Positions 60,101 to 64,000 of a stretch of 64,000 bases of DNA are shown in pieces (the stretch's first letter is position 1; each line of letters starts with the position of its first letter). Origin of the DNA: Tubiluchus corallicola. Lineage: Eukaryota > Animalia > Priapulida. The translations under genes and the position numbers were made by a program. The notes beneath the pieces are model-generated. The model saw only the letters and a program-made list of their open reading frames with translations, made no database searches and was not told the origin of the DNA. The stretch covers positions 10,845 through 74,844 of the forward strand of contig JAQGDQ010000967.1 in assembly GCA_030141605.1 (NCBI GenBank), read 5' to 3'.

Positions 60101-62303
60101 TCTCGATTAGGTGCAACATTTTAGCAACAAGTCGGTGGACATGTCGTTACGAGTCGCATCGCTGGACTATCTAGGCGTCGTGGCGTCCAGACTTAGGAAG
60201 GATGCAGTAACTAGCCAACTGGACGAGTCTACGGTCGAACGAATCGTGAATCAGGTCAGTGAATTTTATTGTCTAAAAATGAAAAGAAAGAAAATGTATC
60301 TGATAGTTTGTACTAAATTACCAGGTTGCTCTTCATGCTGTACAAATTCATTTTAAAGGAAAGAACAAGTCACTCAGTATGTTGGGTTTATTTTACTGTT
60401 GTCAATTAAACTGTTTGTGGTGTGCTAAAGGAAAGTACAAGTCACTCAGTATGTTGGGTGTATTTTACTGTTATCACTTAAACTGTTTGTGGTGTGCTAA
60501 AGGAAAGAACAAGTCACTTAGTATGTTGGGTTTATTTTACTGTTGTCACTTAAACTGTTTGTGGTGTGCTAAAGGAAAGAACAAGTCACTTAGTATGTCG
60601 GGTTTATTTTACTGTTATCACTTAAACTGTTTGTGGTGTGCTAAAGGAAAGAACAAGTCACTCAGTATGTTGGGTTTATTTTAATGTTATCACGTGAACC
60701 GTTTGTGGTGTGAAAAAGGAAAGGACAAGTCACTCAGTATGTTGGGTTTATTTTACTGTTATCACTTGAACTCTTTGTGGTGTGCTAAAGGAGAGAACAA
60801 GTCACTCAGTATATTGGGTTTATTTTACTGTTATCACTTGAACTGTTTGTGGTGTGCTAAAGGAAAGAACAAGTCACTCAGTATGTTGGGTTTATTTTAA
60901 TGTTATCACGTGAACTGTTTGTGGTGTGCTAAAGAAAAGGACAAGTCACTCAGTATGTTGGATTTATTTTAATGTTATCACTTGAACTCTTTGTGGTGTG
61001 CTAAAGGAGAGAACAAGTCACTCAGTATATTGGGTTTATTTTACTGTTATCACTTGAACTGTTTGTGGTGTGCTAAAGGAAAGAACAAGTCACTCAGTAT
61101 GTTGGGTTTATTTTAATGTTATCACGTGAACTGTTTGTGGTGTGCTAAAGAAAAGGACAAGTCACTCAGTATGTTGGATTTATTTTAATGTTATCACTTG
61201 AACTCTTTGTGGTGTGCTAAAGGAGAGAACAAGTCACTCAGTATATTGGGTTTATTTTACTGTTATCACTTAAACTGTTTGTGGTGTGCTAAAGAAAAGG
61301 ACAAGTCGCTTAGCATGTTGGTTTTATTTTACTGTTATCACGTGAACTGTTTGTGGTGTGCTAAAGGAAAGAACAAGTCACTCAGTATGCTGGGTTTATT
61401 TTAATGCTATCACTTGAACTGTTTGTGGTGTGCTAAAGGAAAGAACAAGTCGCTCAGTATGTTGAGTTTATTTTAATGTTATCACTTGAAAAGTTTGTGG
61501 TGTGCTAGAGGAAAGGACAAGTCACTCAGTATGTTGGGTTTATTTTACTATTGTCACTTAAACTGTTTGTGGTGTGCTAAAGAAAAGGACAAGTCACTCA
61601 GTATGTTCGGTTTATTTACCTGTTATCACTTAAATTTAGAAAAATATAACAAAGAAATTTGCAAAAACTCTATAAAGCATAAATGTAAAATAAACTCTCA
61701 CTAAATTGAATCTTTCGGGCGTGGTGGTTGCCTCCATTCACTTGAGAATCATGACGTAACTGGGAGACTTCCCGACTTTTCGTTGTGAGCACTCACTGCT
61801 TAAACTAATTCAAATTTCTGCAGCTTACCTAATATTCACGCAAAAATATCACAAAATTAGCTGTTTATGCTTATTATACTTTTCACGAAGATTGACAGTG
61901 CGCTACTTTTCTTCAAGACAAATGACATCATTGGAAGAAGAATGGGCATTGAAAACGGGAGTGTCGAAGTATGAAGTGATCGCTACTTTAAACTGATTTT
62001 ACCAATTACACGTTTATTGTAGTTTTATCACTAGCAGTGGCTCCACCTGTTGGTCGCTATGCAAACATTTGTTGTGTGTTGCCTAAACAGTAGTATATCC
62101 GTTGTCGTTTTAATCGAAGGTTTTTGGGAAGACTGTTTTGGTTGTGCGGCTAAACGATTTGTTATTTTCAGATCAACGACGCATCGAGCAGCGAGAGCGA
62201 AGCGGAGGACGAAGTGAAAGAGGAGAAAAACGAAGACGGCGAAGCAATAAAGACAGAGGAAGAGAAGAAGGAAGAAAAGAAAAAGAAGAAAAACAAATCC
62301 TCG
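14080..62303 (+). CDS. NIPBL: Spliced gene: Nipped-B-like protein (cohesin loader Scc2), 23 coding exons, ~1037 aa in window, 3' part missing
   Basis: The N-terminus MNGEIPNVPIMTLAGIVSLSDLLPELPLPTPLP and HEAT-region motifs (MTSPNMPKQVYLEDVIER, IQALTDTTVLQ, FARYEKHRQLILEDLLASLARLPTSKRSLRNYRLN, DLLSTVNKPEWPAAELLLSFLGKLLV, LRVASLDYLGVVASRLRKDAV) match NIPBL. Exon lengths sum in frame (3111 nt). Confidence 0.97.
17120..17161. repeat. (TA)n microsatellite
   Basis: Direct. Confidence 0.95.
17804..17900 (+). mobile_element. Degenerate tRNA/CORE-SINE-like fragment
   Basis: A-box-like GTGGTGTATGGGTTA, then TGACCTTGAGTAACTTTCACC...GCCTTTAGTTTCCT resembling the CORE domain. Confidence 0.35.
18225..18605. 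repeat. 16-bp minisatellite (CATGACGTATGCTGTA)n
   Basis: ~23 imperfect copies. Confidence 0.92.
21940..22267. mobile_element. MITE right arm with internal TTGAGACAAGGGG tandem repeats
   Basis: ~6 imperfect repeats at 21940-22130; ends ...AATCCGCCCCTG, a common hAT-type MITE terminus. Confidence 0.5.
22361..22486. repeat. GC-rich 40-bp tandem repeat x3
   Basis: CTCGACCACTG..CCACCCCCGCAGCGTCGTGAATGG. Confidence 0.9.
24198..24315 (+). mobile_element. tRNA-derived SINE fragment (possibly Meta-domain type)
   Basis: B-box GGTTCAACTCC followed by ATACCAAAGATTTAAAAAATGGTGC, a central SINE domain I recall from aquatic animals. Confidence 0.55.
25298..25404. repeat. (GATA)n microsatellite
   Basis: Direct. 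Confidence 0.95.
26223..26835 (+). mobile_element. TTAA/Kolobok-like family A, full copy
   Basis: TTAA|AGCAAAACCGG...CCTGCCTTCCT|TTAA. Confidence 0.82.
27433..27835. mobile_element. MITE with GGGGCTGTGGAGT terminal inverted repeats
   Basis: GGGGCTGTGGAGT...ACTCCACAGCCCC; internal GGAGTC repeats. Confidence 0.72.
29349..29517 (+). CDS. NIPBL: NIPBL exon (LPELPLPTPLPSTMTNKSF...HALGKTSTDG)
   Basis: TTTTGCAG / GTAGGT; matches the NIPBL N-terminal MAU2-binding region. Confidence 0.93.
29556..30070 (+). mobile_element. TTAA/Kolobok-like MITE family B, full copy
   Basis: TTAA|AGGAAAACCGGATGATTG...CAATCGTCCGGTTTTCCT|TTAA (TIR + TSD). Confidence 0.88.
30600..30815. repeat. 31-33-bp minisatellite (TTTTACATTGCCCAACTCTGTCTCTTACTTAC)
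   Basis: ~7 copies just upstream of the 30862 acceptor. Confidence 0.9.
30862..30962 (+). CDS. NIPBL: NIPBL exon (EMKDDSAMDCMEAEMPEILKMALLKNSNILKHH)
   Basis: TTGCAG / GTGAGT, phase 2->1; similar to the ELKD...IPVLLQAVL segment. Confidence 0.88.
31364..31870. mobile_element. pogo/Tc1-mariner-type MITE, young
   Basis: TA|CAGTGGCCGCCGCTTATTGTGGACAC...GTGTCCATAATAAGCGGCGGCCACTG|TA (26-bp TIR with one mismatch, TA TSD). Confidence 0.92.
31917..32529 (+). mobile_element. TTAA/Kolobok-like family A, full copy
   Basis: Colinear with 6343-6959; ends GTGTCTTCCT|TTAA. Confidence 0.8.
33120..33350 (+). CDS. NIPBL: NIPBL exon, disordered region (LSNRFPVYQH...PAQGQ)
   Basis: GTCCAG / GTGAGT, phase 1->1, open frame, raised GC. 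Confidence 0.8.
33378..33560 (-). repeat. Dispersed repeat (forward copy at 44690-44852, fragment at 59105-59145)
   Basis: Shared CTGGTACACTTAACCTTTGACCTTTTCACGATCATCA and upstream sequence. Confidence 0.7.
34537..34650 (+). CDS. NIPBL: NIPBL exon (TSSATINGQLPTPPTP...PFIKS); alternative same-phase donor after 34671
   Basis: TTGCAG / GTACAA, phase 1->1. Confidence 0.72.
34670..37235. mobile_element. pogo/Tigger-like non-autonomous element inflated by an internal satellite
   Basis: TA|CAGTAAGTCCTCTCTTAACGAC...GTCATTAAGCGAGGACTTGCTG|TA. Confidence 0.8.
35050..36948. repeat. 76-bp satellite, ~25 copies
   Basis: CCCCGTTCAACTTTGGGAATTTCATCTAGTCTGGTTACTATAGCAACAGGTTGCAGGCAAAATTCCTTGCTCCAGG. Confidence 0.97.
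37357..37479 (+). CDS. NIPBL: NIPBL exon (TPPDASQPALS...YQQHCA)
   Basis: TTTTTAG / GTAAGA, phase 1->1. Confidence 0.8.
37726..38103 (+). mobile_element. hAT-like MITE (family of 55890-56396)
   Basis: GGGTGTGCAAA...TTTGCACACCCCTG; near-TSD AATTACAA/ATTTACAA. Confidence 0.8.
38443..38855 (+). CDS. NIPBL: NIPBL exon (TSEAQAPVPPSP...EARVMLQPLSES)
   Basis: TTTCACAG / GTGAGT, 413 nt open frame, phase 1->0. Confidence 0.85.
40741..41020. repeat. 20-bp minisatellite (GATACGAGTGATGTGGATGT) x14
   Basis: Near-perfect array ending ~60 nt before the 41083 exon. Confidence 0.97.
41083..41260 (+). CDS. NIPBL: NIPBL exon (DRILAKRHAS...DWSPTGKIKKK)
   Basis: CTCCAG / GTAAGA, phase 0->1. Confidence 0.83.
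42195..42290. repeat. 24-bp tandem repeat x4
   Basis: ATGTTATCTATGAATATCATTATG. Confidence 0.9.
42925..43356. mobile_element. CAGGGTTC-terminal MITE (partial second copy at 47631-47810)
   Basis: CAGGGTTCGCAC...GTGGGAATCCT; internal TCAGGGAAA repeats; internal sequence shared with 47631-47810. Confidence 0.7.
43532..43696 (+). CDS. NIPBL: NIPBL exon (KKRKYEDDDSPVAPWEQ...AAPIG)
   Basis: TTTTACAG / GTAAGT, phase 1->1. Confidence 0.82.
43815..44612 (+). mobile_element. TTAA/Kolobok-like family A copy with an internal 39-bp tandem expansion (43870-44212)
   Basis: Colinear with the other family A copies; GGGCACTAGCGCCTGCATTTCGCCGTTCGTTAGTTAGAC x~9. Confidence 0.82.
45072..45131 (+). CDS. NIPBL: NIPBL exon (PKKKKKKGHRESEKALTAE), NLS-like
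   Basis: CTTTACAG / GTAAGT; leads into LTAEELMD (human LTPEEMMD). Confidence 0.87.
45446..45921. mobile_element. MITE with AGTGATGGGCGATT terminal inverted repeats
   Basis: TAGTGATGGGCGATT...AATCGCCCGTCACTG. Confidence 0.65.
46050..46142 (+). CDS. NIPBL: NIPBL exon (LMDTGTFRKFNHAMEAVFDSIDEVDVAVDQ), first of 15 possible donors
   Basis: CCCGCAG / GTAAGT; homologous to MMDSSTFKRFTASIENILDNLEDMD. Confidence 0.9.
46098..46883 (+). repeat. 51-bp minisatellite (15.4 copies) spanning the NIPBL exon 3' end + 5' splice site
   Basis: CCGTGTTTGATAGCATAGATGAAGTGGACGTTGCAGTCGATCAGG|GTAAGT; no indels. Confidence 0.98.
46981..47251. repeat. (TATTA)n microsatellite
   Basis: Direct. Confidence 0.97.
47359..47462 (+). 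CDS. NIPBL: NIPBL exon (DDDACPPEIVISRSALHDLVHEAAKLKAMGVMDS)
   Basis: GTTGCAG / GTAAGT; AKLKAMG motif. Confidence 0.93.
47830..48121 (+). mobile_element. TTAA/Kolobok-like family B, internally deleted copy
   Basis: Matches 29570-29650 and 29860-30070; ends CGTCCGGTTTTCCT|TTAA. Confidence 0.8.
48254..48340 (+). CDS. NIPBL: NIPBL exon (ISTSRLVKLLVILERNIRDAARLLLSLGD)
   Basis: GTTACAG / GTGAGT, phase 0->0. Confidence 0.92.
48370..49525. repeat. ~77-bp minisatellite, ~15 copies, filling most of an intron
   Basis: GCTCATTGTTCAAACGTTGTTCAATTTAAATGTTTTTTTACTCTACRTATGTAATGTTTTGAACAGGAATCTTTCAA. Confidence 0.95.
49600..49719 (+). CDS. NIPBL: NIPBL exon (NDNEDEELAWQEIIIERV...MTSPNMPKQ)
   Basis: TTACAG / GTGAGC; MTSPNMPK motif. 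Confidence 0.94.
49750..50875 (-). mobile_element. Probable LINE 3' fragment (L1/Tx1-like coding remnant + 3' UTR with tandem 49-bp hairpin units)
   Basis: A minus-strand frame reads IISAMWAIWQT (similar to the L1/Tx1 ORF2 WxIW motif); T-rich UTR; ends AATAAATGTTCTATGTCTATGTCT. Confidence 0.45.
50878..51275. repeat. Degenerate (CTACTTACCTCATTATTACA)-like low-complexity repeat
   Basis: Abuts the 51286 acceptor. Confidence 0.85.
51286..51397 (+). CDS. NIPBL: NIPBL exon (VYLEDVIERSVSFAQFHLQNTIYGAYDPVYKVAPNSR)
   Basis: GTTTAG / GTAAGT; conserved motif. Confidence 0.95.
52749..52903 (+). CDS. NIPBL: NIPBL exon (ALATSNRMKRSR...EIQALTDTTVLQ)
   Basis: TTTTACAG / GTGAGG. Confidence 0.94.
52916..53845 (+). 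repeat. 88-bp minisatellite spanning the 3' splice site + exon start, 11 acceptor copies
   Basis: CAAGTTTGTCYGTTTTGCAG|TTGTCAAGTTTGGTAGTCACGGCTTTTTGTTGAATGTCTTTTGTAAATGATGTAGCCTTTGTGATTAT. Confidence 0.97.
53809..53889 (+). CDS. NIPBL: NIPBL exon (LSGLGTTTFFVENISELQLNALRLITN)
   Basis: TTTTGCAG / GTAAGT; FFVENxSELQL motif. Confidence 0.93.
54003..54215. repeat. (CT)n microsatellite
   Basis: Direct. Confidence 0.95.
54273..54373 (+). CDS. NIPBL: NIPBL exon (VFARYEKHRQLILEDLLASLARLPTSKRSLRNY)
   Basis: CTTTAG / GTGAGT; highly conserved motif. Confidence 0.96.
54645..54940. repeat. Imperfect (CT)n tract
   Basis: Direct. Confidence 0.93.
55634..55781 (+). CDS. NIPBL: NIPBL exon (LNADEQIQMMSALVLQLIQSVVKLP...KKLEK)
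   Basis: TTCTAG / GTACTT. Confidence 0.92.
55890..56396 (+). mobile_element. hAT-like MITE with perfect 8-bp TSD
   Basis: GCTTAATT|CCGGGGTGTGCAAATT...AATTTGTACACCCCTG|GCTTAATT. Confidence 0.92.
58380..58462 (+). CDS. NIPBL: NIPBL exon (IDTDVAIVTSYENAMRTAHNFLAVFLK)
   Basis: TTTCCAG / GTAAGT. Confidence 0.95.
58859..58991 (+). CDS. NIPBL: NIPBL exon (CSSKTEEIDYRPIFEHFVQDLLSTVNKPEWPAAELLLSFLGKLL)
   Basis: CTTTAG / GTAAGT; PEWPAAELLL motif. Confidence 0.97.
60111..60254 (+). CDS. NIPBL: NIPBL exon (VQHFSNKSVDMSLRVASLDYLG...ERIVNQ)
   Basis: GATTAG / GTCAGT. Confidence 0.96.
60355..61635. repeat. 72-bp minisatellite, ~18 copies
   Basis: AAAGGAAAGAACAAGTCACTCAGTATGTTGGGTTTATTTTACTGTTATCACTTRAACTGTTTGTGGTGTGCT. 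Confidence 0.96.
62172..62303 (+). CDS. NIPBL: NIPBL exon, charged loop (INDASSSESEAEDEVKEE...KKKKNKSS)
   Basis: TTTTCAG / GTAAGA, 132 nt, phase 0->0, open frame. Confidence 0.78.
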
Positions 62304-62559
62304 GTAAGACTTGCCTGATCTCATGGTTGCCAAAATCTAATACTGATGGATTGTATTTTAGTTATGTAATCTTGGATCAAACGTGTGTCAGGCGCTAATG
62401 TTTTATCCTAATAATAATTAACGTTATCCTTAAAATCATGAATTTTTTCTTCCGCGAGTTTGTTGCGCGTGTTGCGCATGTTGAGCGTGTTGCACATGTT
62501 AAGTGAGTTACACATGTGTTGAGCCTGTTGCGCATGTTGAGTGAATTTAGATGTCGGAA

Positions 62560-63145
62560 AGCAAAGAGAAAGAGAGAGGAGGAGAGAGTGCAAGAGAAGG
62601 AGAGAGAAAGAAAGATAGTCAATCGTCTAAACTCGATAGCGTGTCATGCTGATCATTGCACACTGCTGATGTCACTCTACGTGAACGCTCAAAAAATTGG
62701 AGGATCTTCCACTTTTCGCAAACGGTCACACGTCACAAGTCGCGAATGCACGTCGCAGCTGCCCAATGTACCTTTATAACTTGAAAGCAAGTATGTTAGG
62801 TGTGAATAGCTGCCATGTGTGAACGAACCTTAATAAGGCAAATATAAATCATCATTTCACTCACCTATAGTTTCGAAGACTTCGTTTACTCGTTGGTAAC
62901 CTAGCTAACGATGCTAAAAGATCTTCTAGAATCAATTGTCTGTGCTTCTCGTACCGAGCGAATACCTAAAGACAAAAAGCCAAGTAAATATAGCAAACAA
63001 GATTGTAATGTGAATTTTGATGAGAGATAGAGTGAGAGGGGGAGAGAGGGAGGCAGGGAGAGAGAGAAAGAGGAGGGGAGAGAGAGAGAGCGGGGAGAGA
63101 GAGAGGAGAGAGAGAGAGAGAGAGATAGAGATAGTGTGAGAGAGA

Positions 63146-63224
<79 letters not shown>

Positions 63225-64000
63225 GGTAAGGAGAAAAACAGGCAAACTGAAGAAAGAAACCACAGGTTTCTAAATAAGTAACCAAAATAGTTAAATGGGT
63301 AAACCAGAAGATTTATTATCTAACCAAGCTGTAATATATTTTTGTTTAAAACACTCAAAATGCACTTACATTAGTTATCAATCTGAGTGCATTCAACTGC
63401 AATTCGCTGATGTTTTCAACAAAAAATGTCGTGGTTCCCAAACCTGACAACTGCAAAACAGACAAACTTGATAATCACAAAGGCTACATTATTTACAAAA
63501 GACATTCAACAAAAAGCTGTGACTACCAAACTTGACAACTGCAAAACGGACAAACTTGATAATCACAAAGGCTACATCATTTACAAAAGACATTCAACAA
63601 AAAGCCGTGACTACCAAACTTGATAACTGCAAAACGGACAAACTTGATAATCGCAAAGGCTACATCATTTACAAAAGACATTCAACAAAAAGCCGTGGTT
63701 CCCAAACTTGACAACTGCAAAACAGACAAACTTGATAATCACAAAGGCTACATCATTTACAAAAGACATTCAACAAAAAGCCGTGACTACCAAACTTGAC
63801 AACTGCAAAACGGACAAACTTGATAATCTCAAAGGCTACATCATTTACAAAAGACGTTCAACAAAAAGCCGTGACTACCAGACTTGACAACTGCAAAACG
63901 GACAAACTTGATAATCACAAAGGTACATCATTTACAAAAGACATTCAACAAAATGTCGTGGTTACCAAACTTGATAACTGCAAAACGGACAAACTTGATA
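62560..64000 (-). other. Inverted duplicate of ~52997-54690, including intact copies of two NIPBL exons (63370-63450 and 62865-62965, minus strand); runs off the right edge
   Basis: Direct reverse-complement match; exons identical, introns differ by SNPs, a ~36-bp indel and repeat copy number. Confidence 0.95.

Noticed and set aside
62865-63450. A second independent gene on the minus strand
   Set aside because: The exons are nucleotide-identical to NIPBL 53809-53889 and 54273-54373, and the copy ends at ~62560 without the following exons

Overview
AT-rich genomic DNA from an animal, most likely an invertebrate. It is not prokaryotic, so most entries in the ORF track are exon fragments or repeat artefacts. 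Two spliced genes lie head-to-head. (1) Minus strand: the 5' part of a CLIP3/CLIP4-type ankyrin + CAP-Gly gene, with five coding exons from 6246 to 503, continuing off the left edge. (2) Plus strand: the cohesin loader NIPBL (Nipped-B/Scc2), ATG at 14080, with 23 phase-consistent GT-AG coding exons (~1037 aa) to 62303; the C-terminal part is absent from the window. Introns contain MITEs (pogo/Tigger-like, hAT-like, TTAA/Kolobok-like), LINE and SINE fragments, a 5S rRNA-derived sequence and many minisatellites. The most unusual structure is that four separate minisatellites in the two genes are built from an exon-intron junction, so each multiplies a splice site 11-25 times. One of them (46098-46883) gives NIPBL 15 identical, in-frame 5' splice sites 51 nt apart. 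Also notable: an inverted, allele-like copy of two NIPBL exons at the right edge (real duplication or haplotype misjoin), a 25-copy RFX X-box array inside a transposon, and two candidate alternative start exons that would bypass the MAU2-binding N-terminus. All homology calls come from my recall of the protein and repeat families, not from database searches.
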